Source: Oopsacas minuta
Taxonomy: Eukaryota > Animalia > Porifera
DNA: 64,000 nucleotides
Reading direction: 5' to 3'
Assembly: GCA_024704765.1 (NCBI GenBank)
Contig: JAKMXF010000110.1
Coordinates: 496,001 to 560,000 of the forward strand
The translations under genes and the position numbers were made by a program. Of this stretch, positions 1 through 14,397 are shown piece by piece; positions within the stretch are counted from its first letter, which is position 1; every line of letters starts with the position of its first letter. A model generated the notes under the pieces. It was not told where the DNA came from. It saw only the letters and a list, made by a program, of their open reading frames with translations, and searched no databases.

Positions 1-3000
1 GTTTTCCTAGAAGTATTTGAGATTAATTATCGCCGACCTGTTTAATGTTTATTACATAATCTAGAATTGTATTTTTCGAAGTCTCTTTTCCAAAAGTTAA
101 ACCATGGTGTCATAATTGTAACTGAACTGATTCACAAGATGTAACTAGATTAACCTCTAGCGTCTATAAGATTCTGTGCAAATAAATCAAGAATTTTCAA
201 AATCCCCATTAGCGAGTATTATCCATTATTATATTTATCTGTGAACTTACCAAATTATACTAACGAATGTTTGTTACTATTTGCATATATGTTATATGAG
301 ATTGCATACCATGGCTCGCGATGGGTTACTCTCCTGGACCTTGCTGATTGTTTACAGTAGACACACATCTGGAACTTGAGCCCCCCAGATTACAAAGCCA
401 TACGACGTCACTATAATTTGAATAACTTCACTAATTTAGCTGTGTAATTATGTGGGAAAATATTTTGAGAAAATCACTTTGACAGACTTACCTAACTACG
501 AAAAGTATAATAATAATCTAAGATTCCATAAAGTTATTTCAAAATTCGTTGAGAATTGAGAAACGGAATTTCTTCAAATTCACCAGAACTCTGATAAAAT
601 TGTCTCTAAACTCAGACAATCGTTAATTCATGAGTTTATATGGAAATATCATTTCTTGTAAATTCGTGGATTACATAGCAGTTAATATCAGAAAATCCCT
701 ACGAATATGACCCGATTTTATGTGGACTCTAAGCTAAATATTTATCAAATGAAATTGGCGGTTATGTCAGATTATGATCTTATCTTACTTCGTTATTCAC
801 TTTCGATTTGGAATTTTACGTCCCCAAAAAGTATTATTTCATTATCATCAATTCTATAAGTATTTACAAGCTGTTTTACAATATCTGCATAGGTAAACGC
901 TTTATCCAGAATTGCAATGCGTCTAAATATTCGTCTAAGCAAACAAATGACCCTACCACCTGAAACAGTAATGGGTTGTTTATTATTGTATAACTACTAA
1001 AACCTGATGCTTTCCAATTTGCATTTTCAGTAAATGAATTGTTTGTATTTTGTAATTCACCTAATTTATCACTCTTTGAATTTATCCAATTTTTTTTTTT
1101 TAGTAGTTAAAATGTCATATTTTGTTTGAACAGAACTTCTGTCATATGATATGAACCAGAGGTCTATCTAGGTGCGTGGCGGGCACTTTTTCAGAACCAT
1201 AAAGGACACAAAGTTCCTGCGGCGAGACTCCAATTTGTATAAGGGGAATTTGTTACTGTCCTCTGCCTCAATGCTGGTTACGTCCTTATGAAAATATGCA
1301 ACTCACTTCAATAATTGTCTAAACTTTTTCCACAAAGCACATGATGTATTCCCATAAATATTTGTGTGCTACATAATAGGAATAAATTCCATCTGAATTC
1401 TACTAAAAATGACAAGATCTGAGTAAGTTTGTACAACTCTCTTTACCTTTTTTGGGCAGATGAATTTGATACTGAAAGTTTTTAGAAAATTAATTTAGGA
1501 TTTTTCTACTATCTTTAGGATACTGAAAGGATAATTATTTCTATGAAAGCTCTCCAATTATAATCACTATAAATCTTGAGTTGTATTTTAATAAAGTAAT
1601 AATTCTGAATGATTTGGTTAAGCGAGTAATTATATTCTTGGCAGTTTCAATTTTATCTCCCGCAAGACAAATGTTTGTTATCGTAATATTCGCTGAAGAG
1701 TATTTTCATGCTAGTTACTACACAAATATGCATTAATTTCTATGCTAGATCAAGAATTATGAACTTCAGCAAAATTCATCCTTTAAACACTATGACTAAT
1801 AATTGGTACGTATTTACTCATTGCATTAATTCTAAAATTGACCACTTTCCTAGATAGAGATTATGTATATCCTGTTGTTCAATAATGTATACTGATAGGA
1901 TGCTATTATGTAACCCACCTTCAAGAAGATTGAAGATTACTCATTGTTCATGACTACCAGAGGCCTTGGTTCCCTGAAAGTGTTTGTCATCTCCAGTTTG
2001 AACCACTTTGTGCGGAGAAACAAACATTTTATGCAAATTATGATAATGTACTTTCCCAATAATGGAATGTATGTATTTATATGAGAAATATATCGCTTAA
2101 ATATCAAAATGTAGTATCTCCACCTGTTATTTAGTATGCCAAATATATGGAGAACAAATCTAATAACGTAATTCTCAGTTTTGGAAAGAACTGAAAGAAC
2201 ATCAATATACTGCACACGGTAAAATTGATTCAGGTACATGTGACCTCAAACTAAGCATGTGACGGGTGTTGCATTGCATCGTTATCTCATTATTCATTAA
2301 CTTTTAATCAATTAGATAATATTAGTTAATTCATGAGGAATATTATGATACTCGAATTACATTATTATATGGTAAATACCGATAATGAGATAATTCGGGG
2401 GTTACATTTGATGCTGGCGGCCAGGCTATCAGTGATCATATTTCTACCCTGAATAAGAGTCGTTTACGACATTAAATCTTTCAAGAACTTACGATTTTCT
2501 AAATATAGTTTCAATCCGTTTAATAGATTCCTTTATTTACATCCCACTGAGTATAATGTTCTAAAAATAGTAACCATTACCAAGTAGAAATTCTTCTAAA
2601 ATTGTAACCCAAATGAACTTCCGAGTTGTGTAAATTTTCTAAAAATAGTAGCAGCAAGTATAAGGTATGTGTTAATTTCCCAGATTAGCTGGTAGTTTAT
2701 TGATTAAACTTTAGTTCAGGTTTAAGATCTAAATGTTAATATTTTAATCATGAAGTTGTAGGCACGAGTTTTACTAATGAAACAGATAAACAGTTTATCC
2801 TCATTACATAGTACATGTGTAGTCACTTGCTGGATTTTTGTAAAGCGTATTGTATAAAATCGTAGCACTTTATTTGGATATTGAAATAGCTAATTGTTAT
2901 TCCATGGAATTTAATGAAAGTACTTCAATCAATTATTTATGAAGATAAGTAGTATCTTCGCATGATTGAAGTAGTTAGCTGTTTTGCTAAATTTGTTATA

Positions 3001-5189
3001 GAGATGGCTCAGCAAAACAGATTTAGTAAATATATTTCCTGTGGTGTTCGCCTATAGCAAGTTTTTTCAGGTAGTTACAGTCCATTTTGTTTTGGAAATA
3101 ATTCTTCTCAAGCAAGTTCTCGTAAAATCGAAAGGGACTAGAAAGTTGTATATTTGTGACCAGAGATCAAGGATAAGTCAATTATTCAAACCCGTGTGTA
3201 TGCCTACAGTTGTATTACGTACACATTGGTAACATAAAAGTATATGCTCTATTTTCACTCATATTTATAAATCTGTATGTAATTCTAACAAATATCAGGA
3301 GCATACATAATTAACTATTCGTAGATTGTTGCTCCGTCTATCATTAATACAATCATTTGCTTATTCAACATGTCGTAGTCTATTAAAATAGAAATGTTAA
3401 CATATGTTTTACGTATGCATTTACAAATTTCAGAGGTATTATCCTCGACTGAGAACCGTTTGCCAGAGGATGGTTCTTTATCTCATATGTTTTCATAAGC
3501 GATACACATTGTATAAGTATAGGACATACTTAGAAATTTTATTTCACCACCATAAAGATTATTTATTTGTCTAGAAAATAAAATTGCTCTGTAATGTGAT
3601 CGAAATAAGATTATTCCAATCCGTTGTTGTTACGTGGTTTCCTGTGACTGTTTATACGAGATACTTACTGTCCAAACACAACATGATTCTCATCTTGGTT
3701 TTGTAGTTCCGTCTCGTATGTGCATATGTGTTTATAATTGTGTAATCCTAAAATAGATAATAACAATGATTTAATCAACTAGTCTAACCAAACTCTAGCA
3801 CGTGTGAATAAACATCAAAAGTGTTCAGAGCATAGTTCAGTTCTATTTTGGTTGTTATGTTAATTGCTTGAAAATATTTCAGAATTTTATTGATTTCTAT
3901 TGACCTTGTTATGTCATGTATTTGCAGTTGAAAAGTTGTTTCTGTTCGGTCGACAATATTCGTTTGTGTTTCTAGATGTACTTTTATTGACTGTCTTGGA
4001 CTGCATAATTACATTACAGCAATTAATGTGGCTGTGTAGCAGTAGTACTAAAGTGTTATTGACATATTTCAGCCTTGCTGATCCTTATCAGATGACTATA
4101 CTTGGGGAAATTGAGAATCTATCTATGAATTCTCATTATATCTATTTCTATCCCATAAGGAAGATTTATAGGAACACAAAAATTATGGTGTCTGTATTTG
4201 ACATATCATTCAGGCAGCTGACCTGGACTCTATCTAGCCCAGCGGTTTCCAACGTTATTCATCAGTTGAATCCATTTACCAATTTTTACACATTCTGCGG
4301 ACCCCCCCCTGGTCATCCGTGGACCTTTACCAGTCATATAAAACTGAGCGTGTGTACCCTTATTTGATGTCCGCTCAAAATTCTTTGTATAGTTCGTATA
4401 ATATTTAATGTCTATAAATCTAAACTATGCTACGATTCCATAACCTGACAATAGAACTTCTATTATGTTATTTCCTTTGCAATCACCCTGATAAATTTCT
4501 TATAAAACACTTCCGGTCACAGCTAAGAATATTCACTTGAAACATTATCATGAAAAATGTCAGCAGTGTTCTATAATTACCTGAAATAGAGCTACTATCA
4601 ATGCTTACCAAATATTCTTATAATAATGGCATAATCCATAGGTTATTAATTGAAACAAATGTATTGCTTAAGAAAAACAGATTTGTATTTAAAATTAGAA
4701 TTAATGAACGATAATTAAAGTACTTTGAATTGATGAATTTAGTGCAAATCTTATCATATGTTGCTCGTCCGTTTCATTAGTTGAAGGGATTTCTATGGAA
4801 GGATTGTAATTTTCATTAATTAGCAGTTTCAAAGCAAAATAACTTCAATAACGAAGCATTTGACGTACTTTGTTGGGGAAATTTTTAGTCTATTCGGCTT
4901 TGTAATTCTATTGTATTCACCATTTCTATAGATACAGTAGAATAAGAATAAAGAGAACAAATTTGATTGTCTATTTGTGTTCGTATTCCTCTGTATTAAA
5001 TATTGGGATATATTCTGCATTTGTTTTCATTGTACGCTTAATAATACAATGATTGAATACATCTATTATGTGTAATGTGCAGGTTACAGAATTCAAGAAA
5101 TTATTTGAACATAACAACAATATTGTAGGGGAAGAAAGTAAATAAACACAACAACACAAATATTATAATATTAAAGGTATCAGTCTTGG

Positions 5190-8100
5190 TTAATAGCTAA
5201 AAGATTGGACCCTTGGTTCAGCGATAGAATCATTGTAGGACATATATCTGAACTTTTTCGAGAGTTTTGGAGCTTTCGTCAAATGTCCATTTCCATTTTG
5301 CTGAGTTAATTCCGCTGGCTTTTCGGCAGATTCTTTTTGTAGTGCAATTGCTTCAGAACAAATATTCTTTATTTGCACCATAGCCTCCACTATCTCATCA
5401 TAGAACTTGACAGCATCCTAGGGTAATTGGAATTTTAAAAGTTCTGCTACATGGAAATACATTCAGATAATTCCGACTAAAGTCTTATCAAATATTCGTC
5501 ATGCCTCTAATAGTATCTTTGAAATTAGTTCCATTTGATGAAGGTCAAATTGGACACTTTCTAAGTAACTAACCAATATTCTAATTTAGAAAGGTTAATA
5601 GTGTATTTACTTAAATCAGCGTAAATAAGCTTAAAAGTTAAAAGTCTATATTCAGTAATGTATTTCAAATTCATTAGATATCGGAAATTATCTTATAACA
5701 TATAATAATAATAATAATATGATTCAATTGACCATTTTACTGAGAGTTACCCCAAAAATGGTATATTTCATCAATGCGGTCACGTTTAAGCGTTCGCGTA
5801 GCATACGAAATACACATTCATTTACATACATAGGGACCTTTCAATTCAAGCTATTAAATAACTCTAAATGTGTTTGCGTGCTGAGATATTTCATGATGTA
5901 GATAGCATAACTGAAAGAGGTACACTATTGAAATAGATACGATAATATTTATGAATTGGCTAGTTAGAACTGATAAATTCTTTCAATTCCATTAACATCA
6001 AAACTATTGTAACATATATAAACACGTCAACAAGTTTAAATATAATTTGATCGGATAAATAGCCCACAAACTCTAAACTTGAACTGTTATTGTTACAATA
6101 TAGACAAACTTAATATGAACTAACACCGAGCCAAGCATTTCTAAATTTAGGAAATTAATATTTAATGTAAGATCAGACCATTATCAGAGATATAATTAGA
6201 ATGGTAGAAAATATCTCAGCAAACCTTAGCAACTATGTGAGTACATTGGTATGGTAGAAAATAGTATGTAATTTGGTTTGTGGTTTATAGTAGACAAAAT
6301 ATAGCTTACTGTATATGGAGAATCTTTGAAAGATGATACATGTAGACAGATAAGGCCAGATGTGAATATGTATGAAACTCCGTAACCGTGCCTAGTAACT
6401 GGGCCGAACCCTCCTCCCCCAGTGCTACATTCTGGGAAATTTGTTTGATCGACTCCACTCTGGTTTGTTGGAGTCTAAAGTGTGTAAAGTTAGCATTTAA
6501 CCATGGATAACAATTATAGATTATATACGAATAAATACAGTGTGTCTTGTGTTCGCCTAATTGTTTTTTTCAGCGATTTGTATTGGAAATAATTCCTCTA
6601 ATAGTAAGTTCTCGTATTAGCAAGGAAATTCGTACAAAATATGACTTGTTAAAAGGCGAACTCCATTGTAATTGTTGCAATACCTCCAACATTTTGAACC
6701 TTATTGTTTACTCTATTTCAAGGTGACATATGACATGTGAGCTCACAGTACGTAAATACCTAAGTCCATACTTTGTATGTAAGATGAACTTACTTGACTT
6801 GTTGATAGCTTCCACGGTTCTACAATTACTTTACTCAAGAAAGGAGAATCAATATTCTTCCCTTTTGATACTACAAAAAGAGCGAAGAGATGTCTGTCTA
6901 TTCCTTGTCCTGTTGTAGCTTCCTTAGCTTTCTGTACGTGTACTTTCATAGCACACTGTAGTGCTTCATGTGCCTCTACCACCTGATTAGGAACATTGAT
7001 TGTAAAATTGTATTCAATTTGTAAATATTGATGGTATCCAAGGTATAATTAGGGAATGGGGAATGCATGTATTTTTTCAAAAACAGACAAAAGGGTTTTG
7101 TACGAATATGGTCTCAAACAGTCAAAGTGACATATATTTCCTTAGTTATATTTAAGTAATTATCAGGCTTCCTTGACCTTCTATATAACTGGAGTTGACT
7201 GTACAGCAGAACCTCGTTAGTACGAATACGGTTAATACGAATTTCCAGATAAGACGAACAGAGAATTACAATAAATCAATTGATATTTGCTCCTGTTTTA
7301 ACAGTTCTTCGATAAGAAGTACAAATTTCGAAGGTCTGTATTTATAAACTTACATCAATTGGATCTTGTAACATAGTTTTAACAAATTTGCAGGACTCAG
7401 CAGTAACTGGTCTCACCGTCTCGGTCCTACCATCTCTGAATAGTCTCGTCATAGCAGATTCATAGGTCAGTGAGAATTTACCAGTACTCTTGTAACAGGC
7501 TAGTTGCATTGACATCTGTAGGAAAGCGTCTGGACTGCAGTTACATTGTTTGATAGTTTCTCTGCCAAAATGAGGGAAATATCCTGCTTTCATTGTAACT
7601 GAATCAGCAGCTTGGACTGCTATTTCGTTCTGGATTTCTATCTTCCTAGCAGCCTATAGAAACCATTGGAATGCTAACTACAGTGGGCTTTAACAAGCAT
7701 ATTGCAAACTTAAGTGTAAACTAACTTGTAATAATTCAATGAAAATAATATGCAATATATCAATTGAAATAATTTTTACCTCTTCATTGAATTTCCATTC
7801 CATTCTCTCATACTTTCCACTCGTCACGTTACCGTTTCCTGATAGATAACCGTCTGGTGTGTATCTACAGAAACACAAATAGTAAATATTTATTGTAGAT
7901 AATGAAGTTTCTTTATATGTTTACATTCTAAGAAACAACAAAGTCTGTATACAGTGGAATTCGCCTACTCGTAACTAGTATTTTGCATGAATTTCCCTTG
8001 CTAATACTACTCGAATTTGCTATTAGAGCAATTATTTCCAGTACAAATGGACTCTAAGTCCTACAAAAAAAGCATATTGCTAATAGGCGAATATCGCTGT

Positions 8101-11100
8101 AGTGTAGTTGCAGGATGTCATTACATATACTGTACTTATGTACCTTTTATAACTCGTTAACAAGTCTCTGAATTTACAAACTATAATGTTATACTACCAA
8201 ACAATATACCTTTTCCCATCCGACTTGAGCATGAAATTCTTATAAACTACACGTTTCTTCGATTTGGCAGATACAAGATAATCAGTCTCGACAATACTCA
8301 CAACCTCGTAGAGATGTCCTAAAACTGGAGCATCTGCAAATGAGTGTTCTAAGTTCATTCCAGTACTTCCGTTCGCGAACACAATTAAAGTTATAGATTT
8401 ATCAAACCATCTGTTTGATCCATTTCCGGTTAGGAGAGATTTACAATACTCGCTGAAATAAGGCCGATCATTATCGTAGGTTTGTTTGTATTGCAGTGTT
8501 TCCTCTCCGTAATATTCATCTGGCAACTATATAGGATAAATGGCATGTATTTATCTGAAATATTTACAATAAATTCCTTTTAACAACATGCTTAACAACT
8601 CCCTATAATAATTCCAGGATTTTCGGAAAATCGGATTACCAAGATTACATAAATAAATCGGAATTTCTTGATAGTTTAGCAAACTAGCACATACAAATGT
8701 TATTGACATATTTCCCTGAATTTCTTGTAAATCCTGGGATAATTCAGGGATCCTGAGAGGGTTAACAAGTAACAGAATTTGGCAATTTTTCGGGCTCTAA
8801 ATGCAATATACTACATATTTCAGCTCGACTACGTATGATACCAAATCTATCTGGCAGAAATTATTATACTCACATTTCCATAATGTTTAGTCTCAGTATC
8901 TAGCACCAAGAAGAAAGCTGCAGTATCAATCATATCCATATACCGTTTATTGGCACCTGTAGTAGCGTATTTCTCTCTAAAGTCGGCCCACTCGTCTCTA
9001 TCCAGAGCTGTGAATGATGCGAGATGTTTCTCTGCATCGCTAGCTGGAGTCGTATCACTTAATATCTCTTCCATTGTCCTAAGATATCAAAATACAATTT
9101 TGTAGTTAGACAGATCATAATTTACAAATTTTGCTGTATTACCAACTGATTTTGCTCATAAAGCGCTATAACTCCTGTTTTTGCTTATTTAGCGAACATA
9201 ACATGGTGTATTGCTGGGAGATTTGTTGCTATGGGTTACTGTGTTATCAAAAAGCGTCCGCACCAAGTGAAGCGTTCTTGTTATGTATAAATAAATAAAA
9301 CTAACTTTTCAAGTTGCTTAGCAGATACCATTTTGCCTCTGTAGTATCCATCCACTTTATAGAACTTCCCTTCTCTATACACAATTATATGTCCTGACTT
9401 TCTACCTGTTGTTTGCATCAAGTAATCTAAACAAACGCAAATATCAAATTTTATGCATATTTCAAGACAATTTTAGTGAAGTCTTATTGACATGGAAGAT
9501 GTACGACATCCATCCTTCCGTTCACTGTGTCCTGAGAAATCTACTAGCCCGATTGATATGAAAATTGGTTTTTGGCAAGTTTTGACACGACATTGGTTAT
9601 ATTGGCCCTCAACACAAAATGCGGGACGTCCAGCCAAAAACGAGACAGTTGGCAAGTTGCTATTGGTTTGTTGAGGTGTGTCAGATACAGTTTTAAATAT
9701 TTATCATATTTTCACAAATGGATGTTAGAGATTTCGTTGAACGATCATTGAATTTGTAGATATATGCTAAATTAATTATTTAATATCTTGAATAAATGTT
9801 CTGGCACAAAACTCTCAAATATTATTTAGTCTAAAAGGTCAAATTCCTCTCAGCCAATTCAGGTGAATTCATATCAAAGGTGAATATCTGTCTACAAGGT
9901 ATATGCAAACAAAGACAAATATGGTTATTAAGGTCAAATTCAAACTGACCTTTAACCAAAAATGATGTCAGATAAATGCCTCGCATAATTACTGGTAAAT
10001 AATCTGAATTTTTCGGATATGATTACTTTGAATAATTAATCTTAATAGAGTTACTGACCTTGTCCTTTCTTTGGTATGCGAGTTGTACCAAATATCCTCT
10101 TGTATTGAGTCATACAGAGTGGTACAAGTTTGTTTGGAGTCTTAATCTAACAAATGAACAGACATAAATAATAAATACGTCATTTATTTATGAAGAAAGA
10201 GGATAGATACATTCACCATATTATAAGTAATTATAGCAATTGGGAGTGTTAATTTCCCATAAAATGTAGTTTTACAAACAATAAAAAATATTATCAGCTA
10301 CTTACTGGGCCAACGTTCTCATTTTCTAATTTATTTTTCCATTCAAGAAAGAGATGAGATAGAGAAGCGGCTTTACTAGCTTGTCTCCTCGGGCCTTTAT
10401 CGAACACTAACCCCTGAATACAGAATAGTTAAGAAATATAGGAAAAATAATAATATACAAAATTCAAAAATATTTTTGGATAATGTTTGTTAAATACTTT
10501 GGAGTTCGCCTATTAGCAAGTAGCATTTTACAAGAATTTCCCTTGCTAATACGCGAATTTGCTATTAGAGGAATTATTTCCGATACAAAATGGACTCTAA
10601 GTCCCTGAAAAAACTAATTATTAGGCGAATATTGGTAATAAGTGAACATGACTGTAGGGTGGTATTCATTATTGTATAGATTTCTACTAGCAAGTTCTTG
10701 TAATAACAACTTGTGAATATTTACATATTTTCGTTTCTTATTTCTTTGTGTCTTGCTATATGTACTAACTTACGAGAATATAATAATTGCTGTTAATCAT
10801 AATCCCAGGATAGGGACTTGTATTCTCATTAGGATTAGTAGGTTTTCTACCCGAAGCTAAATACACATAATCTTCCCACCATTCTGTTATGTAGTTCTGT
10901 GTTATCCAGCTACGGAGAGTTAAGAATCTTTGTAACCGATGACCCTCGTTTTTCAAGAAATCTTTTGAGAGATCTTCTATCTCTAAATTATACAATTAAC
11001 CCGAATTCCCGAATAAGACGAACACAAAATCAGATCTCTAAATGATTATTCAATTGGTATTACTCAGTGTTCGTATTTGTGTATTTAATGATAGCTATAA

Positions 11101-12259
11101 CTAACCTTTGTACTCTTCATCAGATAACAAAGGTCGTACAGAATCCAAATACTTGCTTATAGTACTATTGAGGTTAGGTACAGGTAGTTTTGGGAGAGCT
11201 CGTTGATATGAGTACAGAAGTTCTGTAGAATAGCCGCAGAGAATCTTTAGACATATCGCCCTGTATAGAGAATATATGTATTCTACGTAATTGTATCAAA
11301 TATTTTTATTTAACGCTTTTAGAGGCAAAATGCACGAATTAATATTTTCAATGACACTCAGCAGAATTGGTTTTTGCTATGCATATTATAGTGGCTCATG
11401 TTTTCGCTCTGCTGTTCACACCTTTGGAGATAAAGACACCAAATTTGACATGTGTACTCGTAGTGACATCTAGTTATGCACCTGTCAAATAAATAAATAA
11501 ATTTTTACCAAATTTTAGTTTTGAGAGTTGGTCTTTTGGGATCCTCAAACACCCAGCTGATATGAGTGAGTAATACTCTCAGACAGTAGTGCAGCAGGAG
11601 AGCATACAGGAACCAGAAGGTTATCGCTAATGGCAGAGTTATGTAGAATGTCTGTAGCAACCAGTTCAAATTAGCATACCTATATTTGTGGAAAGTTTTC
11701 TCAAAACCTCTTAGTATAATTGGGAAACCTTGCTATTCGCATATTCGGGCAATTTCTATACTGTTTGAGGGGTTGCCAAAAGCATTGTGTAAATTCAAAT
11801 ACATACAGTACGGGAATAACGTTAGAATCAAATGAAAGAGGCCAATTGTCAATAGCTGCAAAAGTTGAATCCACAACGCTAATCTATTCAATTACAACAA
11901 AAAATTATTATTACTTGAAACTAAACCATTTAATTAAAATGAATTTATTGCAACGCAACATACCATGGAAGGAATCTGTAAGCAATATCAATGTAGCTCA
12001 TGACAGTGTCTATAGGCCATATCAATCCAGGATGGAATATATAGTATATCATGAGGAGGGTCTCAAATAAGACAAAATGGAGAGGAGAAGAAGGGAATGT
12101 CCCGCTACGTATTTTGTTTTTGATTCTTGCAAATCTTTTACCAGTGCCCTTAAAGAACATGCGAGCTATAATGTATAGCACTTTAGGACTGCATTCGTAA
12201 TGTATTCCATCGTCTGCTACGTAGAATTGGAATGCTACTGCTGATGATGCTTCTGCCAT
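5190..12259 (-). CDS. CPT1: Carnitine O-palmitoyltransferase 1, multi-exon
   Basis: N-terminus [18 protein letters not shown] matches CPT1 MAEAHQAVAFQF. Family motifs read across spliced exons: [38 protein letters not shown], catalytic [77 protein letters not shown] exons approx. 12259-11964, possible small exon ~11890-11810, 11651-11509, 11260-11106, 10982-10774, 10413-10306, 10146-10059, 9426-9306, 9078-8874, 8526-8210, 7864-7780, 7653-7354, 6982-6794, 6474-6310, 5417-5190. Confidence 0.94.
7952..8099. mobile_element. MITE family A (Tc1/mariner-pogo type, TA target)
   Basis: TA-CAGTGGAATTCGCCTA...TAGGCGAATATCGCTG-TA. Related copies at ~3040-3140, 6538-6668, 10495-10655, 14981-15075, 15775-15890, 23146-23222, 49243-49340 and 53700-53990. 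Confidence 0.85.
9485..9570 (+). mobile_element. Helentron/HINE-like repeat fragment in a CPT1 intron
   Basis: gaagatgtacgac..tccttccgt..tgtcctgagaaatctactagcccgattgatatgaaaattgg aligns with ~57685-57765; the motif layout resembles DINE-1/HINE cores. Confidence 0.6.
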
Positions 12260-12302
12260 CCGTCAAACTAAATTGTATTTTGTAAATTTGTTGGAAATTA
12301 TA

Positions 12303-12455
12303 CAGACAACTCCCGTCATATCGAAGCTCAGGGACGGCGATAATTACTTCAATATAAGCGGAGTTTGATATAACTAATGAAGTATAAGTTACTTTGAAGG
12401 TTTGGGACCATACGTATTTGTACAATTCAGGCTTCGATATAACCGGAGTTAACTG
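12303..12455. mobile_element. MITE family B (Tigger/pogo-like, TIR CAGTYAACTCCCG)
   Basis: cagacaactcccgtcatatcgaagctc...cttcgatataaccggagttaactg. Related copies at ~7160-7201, 18901-19054, 26540-26640, 27260-27377, 30700-30775, 31035-31130, 51277-51510 and 59634-59785. Confidence 0.85.
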
Positions 12456-14047
12456 TTTTGTAGAAAAGGATATTAGTGTGAATAAAATTTTGTTTGAAAA
12501 ATGAGGAAATTCTTAATATAAATTAATAATTATTGCCTATAATATAGAATAATAGAAAATAATTATTAGATAAGTTAGAATTTACCTTTGATAAATGAGA
12601 TAATTTATGTCAAGTAATTCTAATGAAAATCAGGAATTGTGTGTGTACGGACAATTTACTTGACTACTACGATTATATACCAATAAACTGACCTTTACAC
12701 CCTGACGTAGACGGCAACAATGGATTTCAAAGGTCAATTCTCTGAATCCTTGCATACTATATTCTCTGAATTCACCTTTTAGAAAGGTCAGTTTAATGCG
12801 GGAAACCATCAAGCTATGCCTAAAGTAGTAGTATTGATTAGCGTAGTTACAATTAGCAATTGATAATTATGCAATATTTAGTCTATTTGAAGTAACACAC
12901 AGAGATGTGTTGCAAGAATATTTAATTATTACATCTAGTTATTAAACTAGATCTTAGCAAATATCCCCAATGACAAGATTAGTGGCGCTGGCAATACGTT
13001 GCGGAAAATATTAATTTATTCAATTAGAGCAGATTATAGAATCAGTATCCACTAGACTTCGCTCAGTCGTTAATTGCGAAAACGACTTAAGAACCGTTCA
13101 AACGTTACGAAACACTACCAGGAGAGGGGTTGATAAGTGTGATAGGCCCTTTATTTATGTATTACAAAACGGTGAAAGAATGTGACACATGGTAGGGAGG
13201 GGAGAGGGTCAAAATCTTGGGTTCCAGCCCATAGACATAACGGGAACTCACCTTAATCGAGACACTTTTGCAAGTGTTCTAATTAGGCGGAGTCTACTGT
13301 ATTTCCAACTTTAATTGGGATAAACTGCGTAGTGCCAACGTGTGTAAATTAATTTGGAAATTGTATACAATAGAGTATAGACATTTATTTGTAACTTAAA
13401 ACTTTAGGAAATATTGTTAGTAACAGTATATGTTGTTTTACATTAATTAAGTTAAGCATGGTATCATCCTACATGGATTAAGTAGCAACTTTAGTAATGT
13501 AATGCCCAGATAATATTTCTATTTGCTTCAAGAGTTTGGAAGAAATTTGAATAAAACTATTCCTCAAACTTGTCAGAGACAAATACTATCGTAATACACA
13601 AAAATCTAAGATTTTATGCGTGTGTATTTAGTAATAACTTTGATCAATTGCAGCTGCTCTGTTTCAAGGTGCTATTATCCCAGTTCTTTGACTGGGAAAT
13701 ATTGACTACAACCTTGGATAATTTAGTTATTCTAAAGCAACTACAGTAGTTTGAATCTTGAATATAAACCATGGCTTGAAGGGGATACATTTTAATTACA
13801 CTATTAAACAATTTTGGATGAATCATGGGTCCCAATCAATCTTAGTTAATTAAAATCTAGATTTAATGTGTCATCTTAACTCATTTCCAACATTACTTCA
13901 GACTACAAACCAAATTTTAATGATAATTGTGAATTGTAACAAACAAGTTTATTAATAGTAAAAGCAGTAAACATTTCATACAGTTCATTACATAAGAATA
14001 ACAACTCGTATCTACAGGAATAAAATTCTGGGATATTTGACTCTCAG

Positions 14048-14339
14048 CTATATACTGGCTTGTAATTCAGAATTATTCGGGGTTGTAATCAGTTCTGTCA
14101 GCCCAAGTCTTGCTAAAGTCATGTTAGCACGGAGTTTCTGAATAATAAATGATGCTCCATCCACTATAAAGATCAAATGCTGTAGTGAAATACAGGAACT
14201 CGGATAAGACGTACTACTTCTTGCAACCGAGAAAACTTTGGAATTTTAGGAAAAAAGAGTGGGAAATTTAAGTGTTGCTAAAATTTGATGTTCAGATTCA
14301 TTTCCGATCCTAACATGTATTCAGTAAAATTTCTAATCA

Positions 14340-14397
<58 letters not shown>

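Noticed and set aside
2395-2480. GVTFD peptide reminiscent of a non-LTR reverse transcriptase C-terminus
   Set aside because: Only a few residues match, between stops, with no other RT motifs nearby.
8585-8770. Possible piggyBac-like MITE (ttaa..ccct / agagggttaa) in a CPT1 intron
   Set aside because: The left terminus is too degenerate to establish TIRs or a TSD; a repeat remnant is likely but cannot be classified.
9473-9674. Overlapping 60-aa ORFs on both strands
   Set aside because: They lie in a CPT1 intron within a repeat fragment and are not independent genes.
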